From the NCBI GenBank assembly GCA_024626585.2, contig JANKJI020000002.1, forward strand, positions 100,755,748 through 100,776,952: 21,205 nucleotides of DNA. The letters run 5' to 3'. Numbering within the stretch: position 1 is the first letter of the stretch; each line of letters begins with the position of its first letter. The position numbers and the translations under genes are program-made. Under the pieces are notes generated by a model. The model had not been told where the DNA came from. It saw only the letters and a list, made by a program, of their open reading frames with translations, and ran no database searches. Shown here piece after piece: positions 10,740 through 21,205 of this stretch. Source of the DNA: Ginkgo biloba. Lineage: Eukaryota > Plantae > Ginkgophyta.

Positions 10740-11230
10740 TACAATTTCTACCATTAAAGTTGCTGAGGTGATCTCCATTGAAATTTCCACCATTGTTGGA
10801 ACTTTTGTGTTGTAATTTTTGTTGTTATAATTTGCACCGTTATGAAAATTTCTTCTATTGTTGAAATTCTACCATAGTTAAAGTTTTTGCCACTGTTATT
10901 GAAGTTCCCACCATTATTATCTAAACTGTCGAGATTATCATAATTACCTCCATACAGATTGAAATTGCCGCTATTAGTATTGGGTTTCTTCTCATGGTTG
11001 TCGAAGGAGGTGCTAGTATTATAGGCTTGGAAATTATTGTTGTTGTTGAAGTTGAAATTACCACCATAATTATTGCCAAGGCTTTTTTGATGTTGTTGTT
11101 ACTTGCGAATCCATCGTTGTTAAAATTATTATTGTTGAAGTTGCCTCCATTTGTACTTAGAATGTTATTAATGCTTGGGTTTTCACTGTTGATTACATCA
11201 TTGTTGTTACTTGGTAGGTTTCTAAAATTT
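10740..11230 (-). repeat. Asn/Gly-rich imperfect coding repeat (GGNFNN units) upstream of gag
   Basis: Repeated GG(T/A/C)AATTTCAA(C/T)-like units. Stitched frames read TNGGNFNNNNFNNDGFASNNN / GNNYGGNFNFNNNNNF...NSGNFNLYGGNYDN...NNGGNFNNSGKNFNYG / NFNNRRNFHNGANYNN / SNNGGNFNGDHLSNFNGRN. Confidence 0.75.
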
Positions 11231-11693
11231 GTTATTATCATTGTTTGACTAGCTGAAACTAACGAGAGGGTTGAATAGCCCTCCAATTGCATTGTTGGAA
11301 CCGCCAAATATGTTGTTCTGATTGCTGGTGAAATTACCAAAAGTGTTGGTCTAGCTACTGCAACTGCTGCTTTGATTATTGGTGAAATTATTCTATCCTC
11401 CAAATAGGATGGCCTTGAATTCGAATGGGATGTTTTGGTTTTGCCCATTGCTTGTGTTAATCTATGGATTATTGAGTTTTAGTGAGTTTGTTCTAGCATT
11501 AGATTGATTTGGGTTGTTATTATTTACAAAGCTCATGTGGTAGGCTTTAAAGGTATTACCATTCTCTTGATGGTTCTGCTTTTGTTTATTGCTTCCTCCC
11601 ATTATCTAGTTAGGACAAAAGTTCTCTGTATGACCTCCTAGTGAGGCTTCTTGTTGGGGGCTTGGAAACTTGAAAGGTGGTAGTGTTGCCATA

Positions 11694-11711
11694 TTTTTTT
11701 TTTTTTTTTTT
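11694..11711. repeat. T18 homopolymer
   Basis: Directly visible. Confidence 0.95.
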
Positions 11712-12456
11712 CATGTATGCTATAGGGGGTTTGCAGTTGCTATGTCTCAATGAGCAAATGTTGTCTCGACGACTCTAATTCATTACAACTTAGACTGTTA
11801 GAAATATCTTCTACAAGTACGCTTGATAGCTACTTAGCCTGTATGGTGGTGAATGTCTTATTACTTAATGCAAGTTTCACCTCAAAGTCTAGGGGGTCTT
11901 CTCCTATTTCACGTTGAGATCAAGACTTTGCCATATTTTCTCTTCTTCTATCACTTATGACTATATCTCCTTCGTATTATTGCTCATGGCTATTCCGACT
12001 GGCATAGGAAGTGGTTCCTCAATAATCACATCCTTTTGGTAAAGGTGAGTGCTACTATAACTACTTGCTCTTCTATGAGGTGTCCTCCCCTATTTTCCCC
12101 AAAGCCTCGAGATCCTTATGTTTTCCCCCTTTAGGAGTTGTTATATGCTTCAATTGGTCGGTCATTTTACTCGATTATCTTCTTTTAGTTGCTTCTTGCT
12201 CCTTCGTCTAGCGAATATGTCTTCTTGTTGTGATCTCTTTCTTCAAATTCGTTTAACCTTATGGCAGCATCAGGAGACTCCCTATCTACGAGTGGGTTTA
12301 GTTAGAACCCATTGTTGTGTCTGTAGCCAAAGGTCATTTGTAATTCAGACATCAACTCACCTGGTTGACCTCACCTTAGTGGTTAGGACCCCTCTCATCA
12401 TCACTAGATCCATTATCCCCTTTGAATTTCAACGAGGTCTAGACATAAGAACCAAA

Positions 12457-14421
12457 TGTTGACTAATTATGGTCCCCTACAACAAGCCCACTATCAACAA
12501 CAGATTAGCATACATACATAAAGATTAAGGCATGCATTTATTACCAATAAGCATCATAGAATCATTGCACAAACATCAATAAATGAGAATTAGGGTACAA
12601 AAATCTCATTTATTACTTCATTAATGATAATACATTAGCACAAAAACCCTAGACAATGGCCTCTCACACCAAACCCTAGGATCTTGTACTAGGTTCTCAC
12701 ATCTAGACTCCACATTCTCTCTTATTTATATTTTTGCTCTTTTCATAAATGCAAATATCATGACTTTTTAGAATGAAATGGTGTAACCCTAACCCTAGGA
12801 CTCTTCATTTATTACAATGTCCATTCATTTATGGCCTCATTATATGTGCCTCATTAAGGCTAATAAATGCACCCTTATGGTCTTCAATAAACGCAACTTG
12901 AATTCAGTGTTATCTAGATGAAATTGAAGCTTCATCAATTTGTCAATGATAGGGCATTAACTGCATTGACTTTCTTTTTCCTAGATGACGTCAACAATCT
13001 TGCATTAAATGTGGGTTCTTGGGCTTCATAAATGCATTTTAGNNNNNNNNNNATCAGCCTATTTTTAATGTGCCTTTGTTGGTTGAGGTCATCCATTGTA
13101 CTTTTGGTTCATTATGCCAATGTCATGCACTGAATTTCCTACTCTACGACTACAATAAATGCACTCAATCTACCATAAATGTAACTTTCTTTCAAGCTGA
13201 CATCATATTTTTTAGGGCTATCATCATCATTTAATGTGCTGCCACATCATTGGTCACGTTGCCTTGTCATCTTTTAATGTGCTAACACGTCATTTGGCAT
13301 GCTACTACATCATCAAGCATGTTGCCACATCATCATGGCACTATTCATTGTCATATTTATGTCCTTTTGTCATTCCATTGTCATTAGCACATCATCTGTC
13401 ATTGTTTTTGCCATGTTGTCGATATGTCGCAATTATCTTGCTAACAATTATTAGTGCTCTCAAGAAATGATGCTTGGAAATTGCTTATCAAGCAAAACAT
13501 TCAGGCTAGTAATGCCATGGGTAAATCCTCTTGGAAAGAGTTGTCCTTATAGTCTTTGATTCTAACATGTGCAAGAGTCTAGGTTACATAGCTGCTATCT
13601 TTAAAAGTGTTTGACAAGCTTCGGATTGGAGAGGTGTAAATATCCTAAGCGGGTTAACAATAGCCAACCAATCCATTTGATGGTCTCCTCTAATAATGGA
13701 AGGTGACAAATGCCTTGGTGAGATCAAATGGTTCTGTGGCATTGAACCATTTGAGAGGAATCAAAACTCTCATGAACTTGTTTGATTCCAAAACTAGTTA
13801 GTGGAAGCCTTGGGAAGTACTCAAGACAAATTTCAATCTTAGCAACTAAGATAAAATAGCCCTAGACAAGATCATGTCAATGTTGTCTAATTACTTTGGG
13901 CTTAGAATGGTCTCCAATGACCCTCAAGCATGGTGGAAGTACTAGATATGGCATGGGTCCAAGGTCATGAGCAAAATCTCTACTTCTCATATCTACTCTC
14001 TTCTTGCACCTGAAGGTAATATCACTAACAAAATAAATGCCAAATGCATTATGCGAAGCTCTAACTGATTTGGAATCACATCAATAAACACCTAATTTAA
14101 TAGGATCAAATTGGTTGGGTGAGGAGAGATGCAAAGAGGCAAACTGGTGCTCAACAAGTGCAAAACCCTAAGTGAGAGAGAACCAACTCAATTCTTCATT
14201 TCATTAAAAAGAGCTCACTATTTATAAGTGAGTACAAAAGGGACTTTTCACTTTTACAAATGTGGGATATACCCTTTTAAGTGAAAAGTCAAAAGGTGCA
14301 AATACACTTTGATGAACTATTGAACTATTGACTTTAAGTTAAAAATAAAGTGAAACTATATTAAACTGAAAAGACAAGTAATGTACACTTTACATGATAG
14401 TTCATCAAATGGGGATTAACA
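12457..14421 (-). mobile_element. Candidate 5' LTR (possibly composite) of the gag-protease Gypsy element
   Basis: Termini are TGTTGA (12457) and TTAACA (14421). On minus the junction reads ...GTCAACA|TTTGGTTC (PBS position, degenerate). TATAAATA occurs on minus at 12730-12723 and 14226-14219, with AAACCCTA telo-box motifs near 12645, 12671 and 14163 and CCAC(A/G)TCA-like subrepeats at 13200-13350. Confidence 0.55.
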
Positions 14422-15202
14422 CACATGCATAAGTAACTCATCAATGGGCATACATTCATAATGAAATAACATTAATTGCTCATGCACAAATAACAGGGAG
14501 ACTCAATTCTAGGGTACAAAATCTTCATTAATGCTTATAAATGATAGTACAATGTCATTAATGCCACCTTAGCCTCTCACACTAAGATGTGCAGTAAACA
14601 CTATTGATTACATTAGGTTCTCACATTGAGATATGTATTTAATACTCAACTCTCACATGGTTTTCAAGGGAAATTCACTCTCCTATTTTTACTTTTCTCT
14701 CTTCATTAAACGACATGGCTTCCTAGATTAGGTCATAACCCTAGGATTCTCTCTCTTAATTAAATGCACCCTCTTTAGGACATTAAATGCAACCTAATAA
14801 TGAGGTTAAATATGCATTGTCCTTTTCTCCTTAAATATAGATCATTATGAGTAATTAATGCACATAAATTAATCCTAAGTCATCTTTGACCAAGTATGAC
14901 AACATCATAATGCTCCTTAATTAACGTTGACATCATAATTGTGACTTAAGTCAACTTAGCCTATGTTGATCAACATTGATTGTGTCATAATTGCAACTTA
15001 TTTAATGTTGACATCATAAATGTAGTTAAGTCGGCTTACACTGTGTTGACTAGCATTGACTGCATCATAAATGCACATAATTTAAGTCAATTTTGACATG
15101 TGTTGACCATAATTAATGCATCTCACTTTAAGTTCGTTCTAATCCTGTGACCATGACTTTGACTAAGTTTGACCAACAAATTATACACCATTAATTATTT
15201 TC
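14422..15202 (-). mobile_element. Truncated LTR of a related, diverged family
   Basis: Shares colinear blocks with 12510-12880: TGCACAAA, TAGGGTACAAAA, AATGATA(A/G)TACA, GCCTCTCACAC, TAGGTTCTCACAT, TAACCCTAGGA(C/T)TCT, TAAATGCACCCT. Confidence 0.65.
14921..15081. repeat. Imperfect ~81-bp tandem duplication within a GTTGAC/CATCATAA subrepeat array
   Basis: Units start ttaacgttgacatcataattgtg (14921) and ttaatgttgacatcataaatgta (15002), both continuing ttaagtc..ctta...tgttga...cattga..g..tcataa.tgca. Confidence 0.8.
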
Positions 15203-15599
15203 NNNNNNNNNNNNNNNNNNNNNNNNNNNNNNNNNNNNNNNNNNNNNNNNNNNNNNNNNNNNNNNNNNNNNNNNNNNNNNNNNNNNNNNNNNNNNNNNNN
15301 NNNNNNNNNNNNNNNNNNNNNNNNNNNNNNNNNNNNNNNNNNNNNNNNNNNNNNNNNNNNNNNNNNNNNNNNNNNNNNNNNNNNNNNNNNNNNNNNNNNN
15401 NNNNNNNNNNNNNNNNNNNNNNNNNNNTGTTGGGGTTGTGCCCTTTGTTTGATTTATTTTCATATTATCTCTGATTTTCTATACATTTATACTTTGTGCA
15501 TGTTTGGCACTATAATAGTGATTTCCAGGATTATATTGGTATGCATATGTCACCCTTTTGTTGTACTCTATGTAATTGAAGTGTAGTTTCCATTGAAGA

Positions 15600-17260
15600 G
15601 ACATTCCCCTTCTGGGAAATAGTGGAAATGGCTTCAACAAACCCAAAAATAGGTTTCCATGCAACTAGATGAGGAATTTTACACTAAGAAGGAGCACGAG
15701 ACATATTGACATGAAGCTCCAAACATAGGACCACCCTCATCAATCACCAAGCCAACAACAGTTTCACTTCTAGGAAACTGATCAATCCAAATTGAACAGG
15801 TGTGTCATTGATGGTGATGTTCTTTGGTCATCATAATATGTAGGTCCTCAGACTAAGCTTTCCTACTCATTAAGTATGGCGCATTCCATGGAAATGAGTG
15901 GTCTCTACAACCAAATTTGTGGATCATTCAGTTCTCCTTTCAATTTTCCACAGTCCAACACAAACTCAGACACCTTCAAAAGACATTCTCACCATTTCTT
16001 CAACTGCATTACAACGGAAGCAAAGGCCAACATCCATTCAAAACTTAAGATTTTAAGGATGACGAATTGTGTGCACACTCCTCGTGACAAGGGCAAAGGA
16101 CTTGATAAGATAACGTCATCATACAATCACTCGAATTACAAAAATATCTAAGATATACTACTGGCTGCTAAAGGCAGTTTCATGCTCAGTTATGCTAGTA
16201 ACAGAATCATATAAGTGGCATATAACACCGTATTGAGCACACGAGGAAGCACTAGTTCAACTATGCTTCAAAAACAAAGCATCTTAAGGAAGCATGGCAT
16301 GTAATGGACCTAAATAAGGGGTAAACATGTTAATAAGAAAAAAAAAAAAAAAAAGAAGTTAGTATGTTAATTAAAAGTCAGTTAGATGAAGGTTCATATA
16401 GTTAGCAATTAAAGAAGAGGTGCCTGTCCAAGAACCTTTTCTGTTGATCACCCTATATAAGCTATTTGTCCAAATTGTATTCATCATCATTCATATATCA
16501 ATTGATTACATTATTTGGTTATAACAAGTAATTCTAGAAGCTTTCAGGAGCCATCCATCAAGTTGATTCAAGCAGCATGTCAAATGTCAAAACAGGCATT
16601 AAAACTGCCAAGAGGGAGCAAGATTAGATAAATAAGAACAAGATAAAGCTGCCAAGGATGAGAAAAAGCAACAAAAGAGTGTCTGTGATCCCTCCTGGAC
16701 ACCCTCTTAGACAGATACACTTTGTCACAAGATACTCCCCCCAACACTGACCCAAACAGGCCCTCTTCTAGAAGATTTCACCAAAAAGGTATATGGGGAG
16801 AAAATGCAATGAAAATTTTCACCATACCCTTTGATCTTTGGGTTATGCATTTTGAAAATTATTTGCAGTTGTCAAAAACAGATCAAGCCAAGAACTCAAC
16901 TTGCAAGGTAAGGCTCAAACTTCGTACAACCACAAAATTAACCAGAGAAAGGACAACCATATTTTTAATGAAGATGAGGCATGTAATTTGTATCCAAGAT
17001 CACTTTGGTAAGGCAATCACCCAATTTTATTTCCACCCCATATAGGTCAAGGTTAGCTGTCCACATGGAAAATCTTAGGTCGTCTAGTATCATGTAGGCA
17101 AAACCATAACCCTCTGTCTAGTATTGAGTATTCTCAATATTGCAAAGGAAGAACAGTTTGTCATGGGTCTCAAGAATACCACCAGACACGTGGTAGAACA
17201 CCCCAACAGTAAGGCACCTTGGCACAAGCAATGGCCTTGGTAAAAAGTTATATCAGGATT
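15600..17260 (-). mobile_element. Internally deleted, decayed L1-type LINE
   Basis: ORF1-like motifs: FFLCNIEN...FSMWTANLD, WIQITCL (16996-16976) and VWVSVGGSIL*QSV. ORF2 C-terminal zinc finger: IKSFA...GLCFRCNAVEE../NVF*RC (~16120-15965). RNase H-like start WKPIFGFV......KGN (15659-15603). Domain order is correct but EN and RT are absent. Confidence 0.6.
16338..16354. repeat. A17 homopolymer
   Basis: Directly visible. Confidence 0.95.
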
Positions 17261-17444
17261 AAATGACTACACAACAGCCAACGAGTACAAGAAGTCCTGC
17301 ACAAGGCCAAAACAACAATTTCTCTTTTATTGAGTACAGTGGTTCAAGAAGGAAGAGGGGACATTTGAATTCAAATTCAGATTTAGAATCAAGGAGCAGC
17401 CAAAAGTCAAATTCCCTACATTTCAGCCAATGGGCAAAATAGGC

Positions 17445-17560
17445 ACATGAAAGAGACCATCCTTTTCTGCTTCCCGACTGAAGGAGACCACAAGAAAGAT
17501 TAATACATGAAAGAGAACATTTCTTTCTGCTTCTATACGGATGGACACCACAAGAAGATT
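17445..17560. repeat. Imperfect 60-bp tandem duplication
   Basis: acatgaaagaga(c/a)cat..(t)ttctgcttc...gga(g/c)accacaagaa starts at both 17445 and 17505. Confidence 0.85.
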
Positions 17561-19036
17561 GCCCATTAATGCTAGAGAACAGCATAACTGGTGACTGCTA
17601 CTAGATCAATTACAACCCAATGGACAAATATGTGGCAGTTGACCCCTCATTCACTGTGGGAACCCACAGTCATGTTGCATTGCTATGCACACTGTAAAGG
17701 ACAATGTATAGTACTTTCTGACACAGGTGAAGAACAAGACATAGTCTCATAGAATCTCACCATGCACTTGGGCCTTACACCAATAGAAGCAAGTCCCTTA
17801 TCATTGGCATCTGCCTTCAAAGAAGAGATAAGCAAGCATTATCTTTGATAATGGGCATTTCATGCACCACTCAATAACGCAATTATGCTGTGTCACTCCA
17901 GGGAATGGCTATTTACTCCATATTGGACAGGGAGGTCAGCAGTGTGACATTCCTGGCAAAGGGACAAGTCACCATTTGTGCAGTACAAGTTGAATCCTCC
18001 ACTGGGTTTTGCCAACCCAGCCCAGTGGAATCCTCAGCCACAGTGACACTAGACGATTGAAGATTGCAATGGACATCAACCAGATCTGCTCATTAAATCA
18101 GAACTAATGTGTATCTATTCTTTGAGTATATGCATGAGACCTTGCCTTAACTCTCAAATGGGCAAATGCTGTGACTCTAGTTCTTATGCACCATTAAATC
18201 CAACAGATTTCTTCCCCCCTTTGGCTGCATTTGAATCAAATGTCAGAACCTCTGGCCTGTGTGCCAAGAGCTGTGCCAGAAACTTCCTTTGGTCATCGGG
18301 TTCTGAATTCAGCTCTAGAATAAGCACAGACTAGCCTAAGTCATCAAAACAAACAAAACTTGGAACCAACCCATCACTGTTCTAGTCACTTTCATATATG
18401 CTTCCAACAATCCTACCAAACAGGCGAGATACTGACGTGAAACTCAATCTAGGTTTGCCTCGGTTATGTCCTGAAACCTGAAAAATAGCAAAATCTGCCC
18501 TTAAACCAGAAAATTTCACAATCCATACTATACCAAACTATAAACGATTCCAGCAGATAATACAATACTTAGAGTTCAGATTTACTGCACGGTAAGCACA
18601 TTACCACCTTACACTAAAGTTGAACAAATATGGATCCTTTCCTTTGTGGCAAATTATATAGTCATATGCCATGGTTTCTTGTTTATTCATGAAAAATCCA
18701 CGCATGCTTAGGCCTTTTGTCAGCTGAGCTTTATATTCATAGGGAATGGTTCCTCCCAAGGGGTTTGGATTCATAATATGCTTTGGGCCACATATTATTT
18801 TGCAACAGAGGAACTTATGGCATATGATCACTTTGCACTGACAGCTAGCTTTAAGTAACAAGAAAAAATCATTTTGTTTGAGGGTTAACTTACAGTAGGT
18901 GCTAGCATGTTCCTTACTGTTATCATCAGGTATATTGTGGAAGCACCAAAAACCTAAGCCGATAAGTCAAGTTTGCCTTTACAAAAATCGCTTAACAGAA
19001 TGCACAGAAAAAGCTGCAAACAGGCCGCTTCAAGAT

Positions 19037-19859
19037 NNNNNNNNNNNNNNNNNNNNNNNNNNNNNNNNNNNNNNNNNNNNNNNNNNNNNNNNNNNNNNNN
19101 NNNNNNNNNNNNNNNNNNNNNNNNNNNNNNNNNNNNNNNNNNNNNNNNNNNNNNNNNNNNNNNNNNNNNNNNNNNNNNNNNNNNNNNNNNNNNNNNNNNN
19201 NNNNNNNNNNNNNNNNNNNNNNNNNNNNNNNNNNNNNNNNNNNNNNNNNNNNNNNNNNNNNNNNNNNNNNNNNNNNNNNNNNNNNNNNNNNNNNNNNNNN
19301 NNNNNNNNNNNNNNNNNNNNNNNNNNNNNNNNNNNNNNNNNNNNNNNNNNNNNNNNNNNNNNNNNNNNNNNNNNNNNNNNNNNNNNNNNNNNNNNNNNNN
19401 NNNNNNNNNNNNNNNNNNNNNNNNNNNNNNNNNNNNNNNNNNNNNNNNNNNNNNNNNNNNNNNNNNNNNNNNNNNNNNNNNNNNNNNNNNNNNNNNNNNN
19501 NNNNNNNNNNNNNNNNNNNNNNNNNNNNNNNNNNNNNNNNNNNNNNNNNNNNNNNNNNNNNNNNNNNNNNNNNNNNNNNNNNNNNNNNNNNNNNNNNNNN
19601 NNNNNNNNNNNNNNNNNNNNNNNNNNNNNNNNNNNNNNNNNNNNNNNNNNNNNNNNNNNNNNNNNNNNNNNNNNNNNNNNNNNNNNNNNNNNNNNNNNNN
19701 NNNNNNNNNNNNNNNNNNNNNNNNNNNNNNNNNNNNNNNNNNNNNNNNNNNNNNNNNNNNNNNNNNNNNNNNNNNNNNNNNNNNNNNNNNNNNNNNNNNN
19801 NNNNNNNNNNNNNNNNNNNNNNNNNNNNNNNNNNNNNNNNNNNNNNNNNNNNNNNNNNN
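19037..19859. other. 823-nt assembly gap (largest of many N runs)
   Basis: N run. ORFs spanning it are artefacts. Confidence 0.99.
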
Positions 19860-19912
19860 TGTTATTGCAATAACAAAGTACTTGTATTATAAAAAATATA
19901 TTTTTTTTGCAT

Positions 19913-19928
19913 TATATATATATATATA
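19913..19928. repeat. (TA)8 microsatellite
   Basis: Directly visible. Confidence 0.9.
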
Positions 19929-20019
19929 TTATATTATAGGTATAATAATCTTGATTGATGTAGTTATGTTCTTAACAATTCAATTAATCGTGTGCTTCTA
20001 TTTACAAGAAAAGAAAGAT

Positions 20020-20067
20020 TATAATAAAATTATAAGCTTATGGTATAATAGAATGATAAGCTTATGG
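20020..20067. repeat. 24-bp tandem duplication (22/24 identical)
   Basis: tataataaaattataagcttatgg followed by tataatagaatgataagcttatgg. Confidence 0.9.
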
Positions 20068-21205
20068 CAAAAGTTTAAGCTTTGATGTCACTTCATTATT
20101 AGATGGATCAACTCAATTNNNNNNNNNNNNNNNNNNNNNNNNNNNAGAGTCTTAATCAATGGAGTTCGTAAACTATTCGAAGTTTTCTCAAATAATGCAA
20201 TATCAAAGTATATTTGGATTGCTTCATCATCAATATTTTTGAGTTCCATATCTTTTTTGTCTGGTTGATTTTGTAAGAAACTTATCCACGAATTAAATGA
20301 TAAGTTGATAACTTTGTTTACTTGTGAACCGAAATAATGTTGCTTAAATGATGTTGAGCCATTACTAGGAACTTCAATTATGTCTTTTGCCATTATTTGA
20401 TGAATGTAATTAGAATAAACTTGTAGTTCATTGACAAATTAGAATAAATGTGAACAAATGAATATTGAAGTAAAGTGTGCAATTCTTATTATTTTTTATT
20501 ACTTATATTTTTTTCTAAATATTTCTAATAATAAATTTATAATTCATATGAAAAGTGGCATGTAGTTTGTCTTAGTTAAAATTCTATAGCAAACTAAAAA
20601 ATAATATGCAAACGAATGTTAAAGTAACATATGTAGTTGCAATTATGTTCATTAGATAAATTTTTGCAGCTACCATAATCATTATAATGAAGACCAAAAT
20701 CATATGAAATAACTGACTATTTTAATACATAAAAGGAAACATAACAATCAATGAGAAATGATATGATTACAAAACGCACAACATAATTCAACAATTTGAA
20801 CTTAAATAAACTATAAATAAAATACATATTTTTTTAGATTTTGAGATACTATTTACAATATAGGTATTGATTTAACTATTTTCACCTATATCTATGAACA
20901 CTATTTTTTATATGAATGATACGTAGTCATAAAAACCCTTAAAATTACTATGCGCATGGTTCTAATCTAATGTNNNNNNNNNNNNNNNNNNNNNNCCACT
21001 TCGATCGTGTATGATATATCCTATAATGATGAAAAAGTTTAAGCATAAGTTAATTAGTGTTAATGTAATAAACTACTTTTACATATAAATTAATTTTATG
21101 ATGTTTAGTATTACTTGCCTCCTTATAAAAACAAAAATATTCAAGAAGCAACATGTCCAATGTAATGCTTTGTTCGTATTTTGTGATAATATTATTCTTA
21201 TCAAG

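Larger units (their letters stand above)
8826..12456 (-). mobile_element. Decayed Ty3/Gypsy internal region: leader, N/G-rich region, gag, zinc knuckle, aspartic protease (no RT/IN visible)
   Basis: In order on minus: FFSTLEDQALLWF and FKEIKQRFGETMQNYEKRLKLLASKL...YFVDG (Retrotrans_gag-like, 10645-10243); *RLICEKDTHDMKEC (9946-9902; CX2CX4HX4C with the first Cys mutated); AIIDEGS (9248-9228; protease catalytic motif); VENVPI..VGLSYKT and TRVIQDW (9139-8990). Confidence 0.85.
3553..19036 (-). other. Probable very long first intron of cytochrome b5 (upstream boundary not visible)
   Basis: The acceptor AG at 3554-3553 is clear. No exon encoding the expected N-terminal ...HN..DCW.II.GK segment was found upstream in called bases. 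The region is TE debris with T-rich, intron-like sequence at both ends. Confidence 0.55.

Noticed and set aside
10994-11248. Hydrophobic Leu/Ile/Val-rich plus-strand ORF resembling a membrane protein
   Set aside because: It is the antisense reading of the AAC/AAT Asn-rich repeat.
14850-15190. Repeat array superficially like CRISPR
   Set aside because: Degenerate tandem subrepeats with no unique spacers, in a eukaryotic LTR context.
15735-15760. TGTTGGCTTGGTGATTGATGAG resembling CWLVID of exon 1
   Set aside because: Needs a frameshift, lacks the upstream HN..D and a GK|gt end, and lies within LINE debris.
16338-16354. A17 as the LINE poly(A) tail
   Set aside because: Wrong strand and internal position for the minus-strand L1; no TSD found for a separate plus-strand insertion.
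18385-18415. DCW motif on minus as possible cytochrome b5 exon 1
   Set aside because: Preceded by an in-frame TAG and followed by KHI*; no I.GK or GT donor.
18899-20085. Long ORFs of 324 and 370 aa (likewise 9393-9806 and 15169-15474)
   Set aside because: Almost entirely translated N gaps.

Overview
This is AT-rich, gap-riddled eukaryotic DNA, most likely from a large-genome seed plant (gymnosperm-like; an inference from the very long TE-filled intron). The only intact host gene is a minus-strand tail-anchored cytochrome b5, of which the last two coding exons are visible (3486-3552 and 3034-3275). Its first coding exon is not in the called sequence and probably lies in the 823-N gap at 19037-19859, or beyond the window, which would imply a first intron of about 15.5 kb or more. 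That intron holds stacked, decayed transposons: a hAT transposase C-terminus, three separate Ty3/Gypsy gag(-protease) remnants, LTR-like segments and an internally deleted L1 LINE. All recognisable elements read on the same strand as the host gene. The most notable find, only fragmentarily visible in the ORF track, is an intronless copy of a NAP1-related/SET histone chaperone (NRP1/2-like, ~6600-7270, minus). It sits between a truncated Gypsy gag and a polypurine tract plus LTR, so it looks like cargo occupying the pol position of a non-autonomous LTR retrotransposon. A second point of interest is a Gypsy Gag preceded by a long Asn/Gly-rich (GGNFNN-repeat) prion-like region. All homology calls come from motif recognition by eye; no database search was run.
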